Shown: piece after piece, positions 13,288 through 23,137 of the stretch
Layout of the letters: the number at the start of each line of letters is the position of its first letter
Numbering within the stretch: position 1 is the first letter of the stretch
From: Coraliomargarita sp.
Lineage (GTDB): Bacteria > Verrucomicrobiota > Verrucomicrobiia > Opitutales > Coraliomargaritaceae
Assembly (NCBI GenBank): GCA_965216325.1
Contig: OZ244160.1
Location: 2,304,001-2,368,000, forward strand
Length of the DNA stretch: 64,000 nt
Direction of reading: 5' to 3'
Translations under genes and position numbers: made by a program
Notes under the pieces: generated by a model
What the model was told of the DNA's origin: nothing
Seen by the model: only the letters and a program-made list of their open reading frames with translations
Databases searched by the model: none

Positions 13288-14748
13288 ATGATGAATCGAA
13301 TTCTTGCTACTTGTCTTGTATCATTATTGTTCTCACTTGCCTTGCAGGCCGATGATTCGCGTGGAAATCTGAATGTCACGCAGGACGCCGAGGCAATCAA
13401 ACCGACCAAAGAAATTCCGCTCGTTTCCTATGCGGACACCATCGAGCGCGCCTCGCCGGCGGTGGTTTCGGTCTATACCTCACGGATTCAGCAGGCTTAC
13501 TACGGTCGTGGCCCGAGCGGTTTGGAAGATATCTTGCGCCAGTTCGGTTATGGCGTGCCGGCACCACAGGCTGAGCCTGAAAAGCAACAGCGCGAAGTGC
13601 TGGGCGTTGGTTCGGGTGTGATTCTTTCAGCTGATGGTTATATCATTACCAACAATCACGTCATCCGCGATGAACGCGGCGGTAAAGTGGACGAGATCTT
13701 GGTTCAACTCAGTGATGGCACGGAATATGTGGCTGAATTGATCGGTGCAGACTCTAAGACGGACGTTGCAGTGATCAAAATTGATGCCAATCAAGACCTT
13801 CAGCCGGTCACCATTGCAGATAGTGATACACTGCGAGTGGGCGATATTGTCTTTGCGATTGGGAGTCCCTTGGGGAACGACAATACGGTCACGCAAGGCA
13901 TCGTCTCGGCTACGGGGCGCACGTCACTGGATATCTTGGGGCCAGGTTCTTACGAAAATTTTATTCAAACGGATGCAGCGATCAATATGGGTAACTCCGG
14001 CGGAGCACTGGTGGATGCGTGGGGGCGACTGGTTGGCATTAATACTGCGATTCTCTCTGGATCCGGAGGAAATATCGGTCTTGGCTTTGCCATCCCTGCT
14101 AACATGGCACTGAGTGTAGCACGCAATCTGGTTGAAGTCGGTGAAGTGCCACGTGGTTTGCTTGGCTTGTTCCCAGAGAATCTGACACCGGATCTTGCCG
14201 AAACCTTTGGCCTCGATTCGACCAAGGGCGCACTAGTCAGCCAAGTTCAGCCAGGCTCTCCAGCAGATCTAGGGGGCATCAAGCATGGCGACATCATTCT
14301 TAAGATTGATGATGTGGAAATTGTATCGGCCCCGCAGTTGCGCCTGACCGTTTCGCAAATGATGCCTGGCCGCGAAGTGCAAGTGGAGGTGGTACGCCGT
14401 GGTAAGACGAAGGTGCTCCCAGTTGTGCTGGGCAGCTTGAGTGGCAAGGTCATTAGTTCGGCAACGCCGCAAGCCATCCTTGAAGGAGTGTTGCTCGAGG
14501 AGATATCCGATGAGGTTCGCGAAGAATACAAGATCCCTGAATCTATTGAGGGTGTTATCGTGCGAAGTGTGGACAGCAAGTCGGACTACAGTCGCACGCT
14601 TTCGAAGAATATGGTGATCATGGAGGTCAATCAGACCAAGGTTACCACGCTAAAGCAGATGAAGAAGGAGCTTAAGGACGGTGCGAACAGCCTCTACGTC
14701 TGGGTGAGTGGCCAGAAGCGCTTCCTGTCGATTCGGATCGAGGAGTAA
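13288..14748 (+). CDS. degP: Do/DegP-family periplasmic serine endoprotease with two PDZ domains
   Basis: Signal peptide from ATG 13288; GSGVI, TNNHV, DVAVIK and QTDAAINMGNSGGAL motifs. Confidence 0.93.
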   Translation: MMNRILATCLVSLLFSLALQADDSRGNLNVTQDAEAIKPTKEIPLVSYADTIERASPAVVSVYTSRIQQAYYGRGPSGLEDILRQFGYGVPAPQAEPEKQQREVLGVGSGVILSADGYIITNNHVIRDERGGKVDEILVQLSDGTEYVAELIGADSKTDVAVIKIDANQDLQPVTIADSDTLRVGDIVFAIGSPLGNDNTVTQGIVSATGRTSLDILGPGSYENFIQTDAAINMGNSGGALVDAWGRLVGINTAILSGSGGNIGLGFAIPANMALSVARNLVEVGEVPRGLLGLFPENLTPDLAETFGLDSTKGALVSQVQPGSPADLGGIKHGDIILKIDDVEIVSAPQLRLTVSQMMPGREVQVEVVRRGKTKVLPVVLGSLSGKVISSATPQAILEGVLLEEISDEVREEYKIPESIEGVIVRSVDSKSDYSRTLSKNMVIMEVNQTKVTTLKQMKKELKDGANSLYVWVSGQKRFLSIRIEE

Positions 14749-14879
14749 CCCCTCCCATCTGGCAAGCAGATGACCTCCCCTTGGCAGGGGAGGAGCTTTC
14801 TTAGGTTCCAGCTCTCCTCCTTATCAAGGATGAGTGGTCGGCTTGCACCCAAGGGCATAATAACCCGACCGATGTGGTT
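14747..14879. repeat. About 130-bp multi-hairpin dispersed repeat, copy 1
   Basis: Near-identical to the reverse complement of 52813-52949. Confidence 0.9.
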
Positions 14880-15967
14880 TAATTAGCTCCCGCGTCTTTC
14901 CATATCGACTCGATGGTGTCCGATGGGATGCCATCTGTCGTGACGGCGGTGCCCAGAGCATCCATGGTTACAAACCGTAGTTGACCGCTGCGGTTTTTCT
15001 TATCCTTCAACATGGCTGACATGAGGTCTTCAATCTGTAGTGAAGATCCCAATACGGTTGGCAGCTTGTAGGCTTCGAGCACTTTGTTGACGCGCTCGAT
15101 GTTTGAGGCGTCGATTTGCTCAAGTTGGACGGAAAGCTGTGTGGCGAGGTTGAGGCCTATGCCGACGGCTTCACCGTGCAGGTATTCGCCATAACCTGCG
15201 ACGTTCTCGATGGCGTGCGCAAAGGTGTGGCCGAGGTTCAGGAGGGCACGGCCGCCGGAAGCAGCGGTTTCTTTCTCATCGTCGGCGACGACTTGGGCCT
15301 TAATCGCACAGCAGCGGCGGATGATTTCAGCAAGCTCAGGTGACTGTGCATTCAGGCCACCGAGTGCTTCAAGCTGGTCGAAGAGTTGGCTGTCGGCCAG
15401 CATGCCATACTTGATGACTTCGGCCATGCCTGCTGCGAATTCACGCTCAGGCAACGTCTCAAGCAGCACTGCATCGATGAAGACGGCCTTCGGCTGCCAG
15501 AAGGCGCCGACAAGGTTTTTACCTTCAGGCAGATTGATGCCGGTCTTGCCGCCCACCGAGCTGTCCACCATGGAGAGTAGGGTGGTTGGGATTTGGTAGA
15601 AGTCGACGCCCCGTAGGTAGCTCGCTGCAACGTAGCCAGTCAGGTCGCCGATCACGCCGCCGCCGAATGCAAATACTGCGCAGTTGCGGCTAAGTGAGTT
15701 GGACGCAAGAAAGCTGAGGCATTTGCTGAATTGCTCAACCGACTTGGTTGGCTCACCGGCGGGAAGTGTGAGGATCTCCTTTGCTTCGAAGCCTGCTTCA
15801 TCAAGAAAGTCTGGTTGTGCGGCCATCAGGCCAGCATCCGCAATGACACGCACGCTGCGCTTGGCTGCGCGCAGGTCTGCGACGGTAGCCTTGAGCGCGG
15901 CACGGCTGTCGCTGAAGTGAATCGGATACGAGCGATCGGCGAGCTCTACGGTAAGTGTTTGGGCCAT
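14879..15967 (-). CDS. aroB: 3-dehydroquinate synthase
   Basis: GGGVIGDLTGY, PTTLLSMVDSSVGGKTG and LNLGHTFAHAIE motifs. Confidence 0.98.
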   Translation of the reverse strand: MAQTLTVELADRSYPIHFSDSRAALKATVADLRAAKRSVRVIADAGLMAAQPDFLDEAGFEAKEILTLPAGEPTKSVEQFSKCLSFLASNSLSRNCAVFAFGGGVIGDLTGYVAASYLRGVDFYQIPTTLLSMVDSSVGGKTGINLPEGKNLVGAFWQPKAVFIDAVLLETLPEREFAAGMAEVIKYGMLADSQLFDQLEALGGLNAQSPELAEIIRRCCAIKAQVVADDEKETAASGGRALLNLGHTFAHAIENVAGYGEYLHGEAVGIGLNLATQLSVQLEQIDASNIERVNKVLEAYKLPTVLGSSLQIEDLMSAMLKDKKNRSGQLRFVTMDALGTAVTTDGIPSDTIESIWKDAGAN

Positions 15968-16034
15968 GGAGATGAGTTTTTAGTTGAAAGTTGTTGGTTG
16001 TTAGGAGGCGCTGGATACGTGCAACTGACAACTA

Positions 16035-16967
16035 TCAACCTTCAACGCTATCGGTAATTCCAAAGATGGCGTTGGCGTAGTTTTGGGCGGAGAAGGGTTG
16101 GAGATCGTCCGGTTGTTCGCCTAGGCCGACAAAGTAGATCGGGAGTTTTAACTCTCGATAGATGCCGACGAGTGCGCCGCCGCGGCTGGTGCCGTCGAGT
16201 TTGGTGATGATCAAGCCAGTGAGCGGGAAGCTTTGGTTGAACACGCGGGCTTGCTCGATGGAGTTGGAGCCGAGGCTGCCGTCGACTACGAGCCAGCTGT
16301 GGTGTGGTGCGCTTTCGTCCTGCTTCTTGATGACGCGTTGGAACTTCTCCAACTCCTTCATCAGGTTGTTCTTGGTGTGCAGGCGACCGGCAGTGTCGAG
16401 GATGACGATATCCCTGCCACGGCTGACGGCGGCTTCGTAGGCATCATAAGCGACGGCTGCGGAGTCGGCGCCGTGTTGGCTGGAGACGATGTCGATGTTG
16501 AGGCGCTCGGCCCAGTGCTTAATCTGTTCGTTGGCTGCTGCACGGAAGGTATCGCAGGCGCCGAGTAGAATGCTGTATCCGTCATTTTGATACATGTGGC
16601 CCAGCTTGGCAGATGTGGTGGTCTTACCTGCGCCGTTGACGCCGATCAATGCGATGACCTCGGGCTTATGTTCGCCGACGTTGACGCGACCTTCGGCGCC
16701 TTCGAGCACGCGGGCGAGCACGGTGGCGCCGATCTTGGCAGCGTCTTCGCCGCGGATCTCCTTGTCGGCCTTATAGGCGGCTTTGATTTCGTCGATGATT
16801 TCCTCGACCGTCTCTACGCCAAAGTCGGCGGTGTAGAGGGCTTCTTCGAGTTCATCGAGTGCATCTTGATCCAGCTTGGCGCCGGAGAGCACTTTATCGA
16901 AAGCCTTGTGAAAGGTAGGGGTCTGCTTCTTGAGCCCCTCTTTGAATTTGCGGAAAAGACTGCGCAT
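16035..16967 (-). CDS. ftsY: Signal recognition particle receptor
   Basis: GVNGAGKTTT, DTFRAAA, DTAGR and TKLDGTSRGG motifs. Confidence 0.97.
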   Translation of the reverse strand: MRSLFRKFKEGLKKQTPTFHKAFDKVLSGAKLDQDALDELEEALYTADFGVETVEEIIDEIKAAYKADKEIRGEDAAKIGATVLARVLEGAEGRVNVGEHKPEVIALIGVNGAGKTTTSAKLGHMYQNDGYSILLGACDTFRAAANEQIKHWAERLNIDIVSSQHGADSAAVAYDAYEAAVSRGRDIVILDTAGRLHTKNNLMKELEKFQRVIKKQDESAPHHSWLVVDGSLGSNSIEQARVFNQSFPLTGLIITKLDGTSRGGALVGIYRELKLPIYFVGLGEQPDDLQPFSAQNYANAIFGITDSVEG

Positions 16968-16990
16968 CGGTCTATCTTACGTCGGTTGGT

Positions 16991-17093
16991 AACCGTTAAT
17001 TTACCTGAATTAACGTTAATTTTTGATGAGTGGATACGTCTGTTTTTGTGAGTGCTACGTATGATTAACGTAAATTGACGTTAATTAACGGTT
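16991..17093. repeat. Decamer-periodic AT-rich inverted repeat
   Basis: aaccgttaat-ttacctgaat-taacgttaat (16991-17020) versus attaacgtaa-attgacgtta-attaacggtt (17064-17093). Confidence 0.8.
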
Positions 17094-17123
17094 CAAATAC
17101 CCGAGCATCAGCAATCTGGTTGC

Positions 17124-17585
17124 TTAGTCGGCTGCCTTGCGGAGTGGGCGGTTGATCTTCTCCTTCATCTTATCGAGGATGCCGTTTATGAAGCGCTTGG
17201 AGTCTGGATTTGAGAAGGTCTTACTTAGGTCGATCGCTTCGTTGATGCTGACGATCGGTGGAATGTCGGTGCGGTGGAGCAATTCGTGGATCGCGAGGCG
17301 GAGAATGGATAGGTCAACTTTGGCGATGCGGTCGAAGGTCCAGTTTTTCGCGTGGCTCATGATCTCGTCATCAATCTTGTCGATGTTGTCGATCGCGCCA
17401 TGGATGAGCTCCTCAGCGAAGGCGTAGTAGTCGCGGCTGAACTCTTGGTCTTCGATGAAGACGCGCAGCGCATCGTTGAGCTCTTCAGGTTTGTTGAGCT
17501 CCCACTGGTAGAGGAATTGCACCGCACAGGTGCGGCAGTCGCGGCGTTGTGAGCGCTTGTTTACTTTCGGTGCTTGTTCGTCCAT
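17124..17585 (-). CDS. nusB: Transcription antitermination factor NusB
   Basis: AVQFLYQ, VDLSILRLA, INEAIDLSK and FINGILD motifs; follows ribH. Confidence 0.96.
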   Translation of the reverse strand: MDEQAPKVNKRSQRRDCRTCAVQFLYQWELNKPEELNDALRVFIEDQEFSRDYYAFAEELIHGAIDNIDKIDDEIMSHAKNWTFDRIAKVDLSILRLAIHELLHRTDIPPIVSINEAIDLSKTFSNPDSKRFINGILDKMKEKINRPLRKAAD

Positions 17586-18040
17586 TTTGATTGAAATTGG
17601 GCCATTTCGAGGGCGGCCAGTGCGAACTCGCGTCCGCGGTTGATTTGTGTGCCGGCGCGTTGCTCGGCTTGTTCGTGGGTTTCGACTACGGTGATGCCGT
17701 TGATGACGGGCACTTGTTGGTCGATGGAAATTTGGTGGAGGGCGGTCGCGCAGCTGTCGCCGATCACGTTGTGGTGGTTGGTGGCTCCTGCGATGACGAG
17801 GCCAATGGCGATGATGGCGTCGAACTCTCCAGTTCGTGCTAGTGTGGCGACGGCGTAGGGTAGTTCGTTGGAGCCGGGCGTGCGCTCGATGGTGGGCTCA
17901 GGGGCTCCGGCAGCGGTCAGGGCCTCGCAGGCATGGTGCAGCAGCGAGTCGACAAGCGTTTCGTTAAAGCGCGCGGCGACGATGGCGACGCGGAAGGCGC
18001 TGCCGTCGATTTCTATTTGACTGGGACTGTCGAGACTCAT
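17561..18040 (-). CDS. ribH: 6,7-dimethyl-8-ribityllumazine synthase
   Basis: AIVAARFN, PGSNELP and IAGATNH motifs; ribH-nusB synteny. Confidence 0.95.
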   Translation of the reverse strand: MSLDSPSQIEIDGSAFRVAIVAARFNETLVDSLLHHACEALTAAGAPEPTIERTPGSNELPYAVATLARTGEFDAIIAIGLVIAGATNHHNVIGDSCATALHQISIDQQVPVINGITVVETHEQAEQRAGTQINRGREFALAALEMAQFQSKWTNKHRK

Positions 18041-18086
18041 GAAGCGCGTAGATGAAGACGGTTCCCGTGGGGGGTGGCAAGACTAA

Positions 18087-18168
18087 GTAGGGGCGTGCCT
18101 TGGGACGCCCGAAGTGTGGGATTTGTGGCTTTGGATCGGCGGGCGTCGTAAGCAACGCCCCTACGGTT
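18087..18168. repeat. GTAG-type inverted REP pair (GTAGGGGCG family)
   Basis: gtaggggcgtgccttgggacgccc ... gggcgtcgtaagcaacgcccctacggtt. Confidence 0.85.
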
Positions 18169-18225
18169 GAGATTTTTGCCTCTTTTTGCTTCTAACTTCC
18201 AACTTCCAGCTTCTAACTCCTTTCC

Positions 18226-19341
18226 ATGTTCACATTGCTCAAAGAAGATGGCGCGGCTCGTCGCGGTGTTTTAAAGACCCGTCATGGGGAGATCCAGACG
18301 CCGATTTTCATGCCGGTTGGCACTCAGGCCACGGTTAAAGGGATGACGCCTGCGCAGATCGAAGAGGTCGGCGCGCAGATCATTTTGGGTAATACCTACC
18401 ACCTGAACATTCGTCCGGGCTCTAAGCTGGTCGAGGAAATGGGTGGCCTGCACAAGTTCATGAATTGGGATAAGCCGATCCTGACCGACAGTGGCGGTTT
18501 CCAGGTATTCAGCTTGTCCAAGCTGCGCAAGATTACCGAAAAGGGTATCGAATTCCGCTCACACTTGGACGGGCGCAAGTTGTTTCTCGATCCGAAGGGT
18601 TGCTATCAGATTCAGGCCGAGCTCGGCGCGGATATCGCGATGGTGCTCGATGAGTGCCCGCCGTTTCCGTGCGACCGTGATGCCTGCGAAAGCGCCGTGA
18701 AGCGCACCATCCGATGGGCGGGTGAGTTTCTCGATCATGCGACGGATCAGGGCTTCATTGAGCGTGGCCACCATGTGTTTGGCATCATTCAGGGCTCCAC
18801 CTATGACGATCTGCGTCAGCACTGTGGACAGGCGCTCGCGGAAATGGATTTCCCAGGCTACGCCGTGGGCGGCGTGAGTGTCGGTGAGCCGGAGGAAGAG
18901 ATGATCAAGCAGGTCGCGGCCTGTGCACCCGTGATGCCAAAAAACAAGCCGCGCTATGTCATGGGCGTTGGTACCCCGCCGCAGCTACTGAAAATGATCG
19001 GGCTCGGCATGGATATGTTCGACTGTGTGATGCCGACGCGGCTCGCGCGTCATGCGAATGCATTTACGCCGTATGGCACGATCAATTTGAAGAATGAGCG
19101 CTTCAAGTTCGACTCGAACCCGATCATGGAGGCGGACAACTACACCTGCCGCAATTTCAGCCGTTCGTATCTGCGTCACTTGATCATGGCGAAGGAGCTG
19201 TTGGCTTCGACGCTACTGTCGATCCACAACGTGCACTTTTTCTTGGATCTCATGAGCCAAGCACGCGCCCACATTGAGGCGGGTGATTATGCGAGCTGGA
19301 GTAAGGCCTGGATCGATCGCTACAACGCGGGGGAGAGTTAA
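18226..19341 (+). CDS. tgt: tRNA-guanine transglycosylase
   Basis: TPIFMPVGT, LTDSGGFQVFSL and DMFDCVMPTR motifs. Confidence 0.98.
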   Translation: MFTLLKEDGAARRGVLKTRHGEIQTPIFMPVGTQATVKGMTPAQIEEVGAQIILGNTYHLNIRPGSKLVEEMGGLHKFMNWDKPILTDSGGFQVFSLSKLRKITEKGIEFRSHLDGRKLFLDPKGCYQIQAELGADIAMVLDECPPFPCDRDACESAVKRTIRWAGEFLDHATDQGFIERGHHVFGIIQGSTYDDLRQHCGQALAEMDFPGYAVGGVSVGEPEEEMIKQVAACAPVMPKNKPRYVMGVGTPPQLLKMIGLGMDMFDCVMPTRLARHANAFTPYGTINLKNERFKFDSNPIMEADNYTCRNFSRSYLRHLIMAKELLASTLLSIHNVHFFLDLMSQARAHIEAGDYASWSKAWIDRYNAGES

Positions 19342-19946
19342 AGTAGAAGATCCGTCTCGCGCTGCAGCCAGCGGTGGAGATTCTGTGTGATCAATTTGCA
19401 AGCATTTAGCTGCTCCAGCGATGCATTTTCCGGGGCGGGTTGATTAATGAGTGCTTTGGCGGCTTCGCGTAGTTCATTCGGCACTTGCGGCCACCAGGAT
19501 TCGCGCACGGGGTAGCCTTCGCCCTGAAGCAAGAGGTAGATGCTTTTGAGGTAGATGATGGACGGCGGCTTGGCTTCACCGAAGGCGTTAAAACTGCGCT
19601 CGGCAAGTTGATAGAGTAGTGCCGGGTCGGGCATGTGTGTGGCGTTTTTGGCCAGCAGAGTGGCGAAGTTGGAGGCGTGTTGCAGGGCGCGATAGGAGCT
19701 ACCAATGTTTTCACGGCGGTGCATGACGCGATAGTCGCGAACGAAGCGGGTGTTGCCACTCTTGGCGGTTTCGAGCTGAAGCTCGGCAGTATCGAAGAGG
19801 TCCGGGCGGTCCTTGGTGGGGGCTTTGCTGGAGACGCGCTTCAGGCAAACGAAGCTGCCGGCATCAGGGCTCAATACGTGTAGCGTCAGAAAGGATTCAC
19901 CTGATTGGGCGACCCGAAGCACGAGTGCTGTATGAACTTCGAACAT
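19338..19946 (-). CDS. RecO-like DNA repair protein (divergent)
   Basis: N-terminal OB-fold-like ALVLR..SGE...PDLFDTAEL followed by a helical domain; weak similarity by eye. Confidence 0.6.
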   Translation of the reverse strand: MFEVHTALVLRVAQSGESFLTLHVLSPDAGSFVCLKRVSSKAPTKDRPDLFDTAELQLETAKSGNTRFVRDYRVMHRRENIGSSYRALQHASNFATLLAKNATHMPDPALLYQLAERSFNAFGEAKPPSIIYLKSIYLLLQGEGYPVRESWWPQVPNELREAAKALINQPAPENASLEQLNACKLITQNLHRWLQRETDLLL

Positions 19947-19973
19947 TGAACGCCCAACTTCGAATGGTGAATG

Positions 19974-20645
19974 CTAGTTTGTCTCGAGGGCTTTCGGGTT
20001 TTGGATGGTCACGGCTTCGTCGCTTTCGGGGGGCACGACGGCACCGCCGGAAATGATCAGCTTCATGCCATCAGCGACGGACATGTCGAGGCGCGTGATG
20101 TCTTCCTCGGGAACCATGAGCAGGAATCCACTGGTCGGATTTGGGGTGGTGGGCACGAATATATTGAGTATATGTTCTCCCGTGACACTCTGTGGTTCTC
20201 CTTTGGCCTCACTGGTTAGGAAGCCCAGCACGTAGCAACGTTTGCGTGGGTATTCCAGTAGCACTGCTTCTTGGAAGACGGCTTTCTGCTGTTTGCTGAA
20301 GGTTTCAACGATCTGCTTAACGGTGCGATAGACTGTGTTGATGAAGGGAACCCGATCCAGAATGTTCTCAAAGAGGTTCAGGATGACGCGCCCAAAGACG
20401 AAGCGTGAGCTGTAGCCGACGAGTGTGATCAGCAGGAAAACGATGAGCACGGAGAGTAATTGCAGGAACCATTCAACGGTCTCAGTGCCCCAGTTGAGCG
20501 AACTGAGGTCGATGCCACTGAAGAAGAAATTGCTGGCAGGCTTGCCGAGGCGATCGACGAGAAAGTTGATCACGATGATGGTCACGCCAAGAGGTAGGAT
20601 GACGAGGACGCCGGTGATGAATGCGTTGCGTAGAGAGCGAAACAT
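19974..20645 (-). CDS. DUF502 membrane protein
   Basis: FITGVLVILPL, VPFINTVY, LEYPR and FVPTTPNPTSGFL motifs. Confidence 0.92.
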   Translation of the reverse strand: MFRSLRNAFITGVLVILPLGVTIIVINFLVDRLGKPASNFFFSGIDLSSLNWGTETVEWFLQLLSVLIVFLLITLVGYSSRFVFGRVILNLFENILDRVPFINTVYRTVKQIVETFSKQQKAVFQEAVLLEYPRKRCYVLGFLTSEAKGEPQSVTGEHILNIFVPTTPNPTSGFLLMVPEEDITRLDMSVADGMKLIISGGAVVPPESDEAVTIQNPKALETN

Positions 20646-20757
20646 AGTTGGCGAAACGCTAGGTGCTTTCCAGTGGGCTGCAAGTATTACAATGGTGCGA
20701 TCTTAGGCGCGGCGAGCAGGCTTGCATGCTTGGGCATCGTGAGCATTGCTTTGACGG

Positions 20758-21339
20758 ATGAAAAACTTGCACCACGATTACGACGGTCTCATTTTCGATA
20801 TGGACGGCACTCTGGCAGACACCATGCCAACGCATTTTGTCGCGTGGTCAAAATCCATGGCGAAATATGGCTTAGTGCTCACTGAAGAGCGTTTCTATGC
20901 GCTTGGTGGCGTGCCGGCAAATAAGATCATCCGTCTGCTGGCTGAAGAGCAGGGCGTTGCCGGCGTCGATGCGGATGCCATCGCAGACGAGAAGGAAGAC
21001 CTCTTTCTGGACTTGCTTGGTCAGGTGCAACCGGTGGTGCCGGTCAAAGCGATTGCCGAGTTTCACCGTGAGCATTTGCCGATGGCGGTGGCGACTGGTA
21101 GCCCGAAGTGGTGTGCCGTGAAGATTCTCAAGGCGCTCGGTATTTACGAGTGGTTTGATGCGATTGTAGGGGCGGATTGTGTGCCGAACTCAAAGCCAGC
21201 TCCGGATGTGTATTTGCGTGCGGCCGAGATGATCGGGATCGACCCAACGCGCTGCCATGCCTTTGAGGATACCAAGCTTGGAATGGAAGCTGCCGAGGCT
21301 GCGGGTATGAAGGTCGTTGATATCGCGACTTTATTATAG
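20758..21339 (+). CDS. HAD-superfamily phosphatase (YqaB/beta-PGM-like)
   Basis: IFDMDGTLADT, KPAPDVY and FEDT motifs. Confidence 0.92.
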   Translation: MKNLHHDYDGLIFDMDGTLADTMPTHFVAWSKSMAKYGLVLTEERFYALGGVPANKIIRLLAEEQGVAGVDADAIADEKEDLFLDLLGQVQPVVPVKAIAEFHREHLPMAVATGSPKWCAVKILKALGIYEWFDAIVGADCVPNSKPAPDVYLRAAEMIGIDPTRCHAFEDTKLGMEAAEAAGMKVVDIATLL

Positions 21340-21398
21340 CTTAGCTTTTGTTTGCTGGGAGTTGAAGAGTCCGCGGACTTGTTTAAGCTACTGTTTCA

Positions 21399-21773
21399 AT
21401 GGCATACACGATACGATGGGGCAATCACGGTCTGGTCTGGACGTATTCCGGAGTGCTGACCGGCGAGGAGCTGATTAAGTCAAATATCGAGATCTATGGG
21501 GACGAACGCTTTCCCGACCTGTATTATCAGATCGTGGATTTGCGTGGGGTTCGGGAATTTAAAGTTTTGGCTGAGCATATGGAGCGGGTTGCCGAATTGG
21601 ATGCAGCCGCCTATGCAGTGAATGACCGTATTCGCGTGGCCGTTGTCACGAGCGAGATCACTGGCGCTCACATGACACGGAGCTATGAAGAGAACACGCC
21701 TGAGGATCACTGGGAGACAAAGGTGTTCAAAGACTATGCGAAGGCGGATGAGTGGGCGCATGAATTGATTTAA
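21399..21773 (+). CDS. Hypothetical protein
   Basis: Clean 124-aa ORF filling the gap, with plausible composition. Confidence 0.7.
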   Translation: MAYTIRWGNHGLVWTYSGVLTGEELIKSNIEIYGDERFPDLYYQIVDLRGVREFKVLAEHMERVAELDAAAYAVNDRIRVAVVTSEITGAHMTRSYEENTPEDHWETKVFKDYAKADEWAHELI

Positions 21774-21888
21774 TCTTAAGCTGCAAATACTTGGCGAATT
21801 AGAGGGGTAACTCTGGCCTTGAAATTGGTGCGGCTTACTATTGCTTGTCCTGTTTTCTCAATTTCAGAATTTCAGCGAAACACGACAA

Positions 21889-23103
<1,215 letters not shown>

Positions 23104-23137
23104 AGCCGTCCACACGGCAAGATGCCGCTTCGACTGT

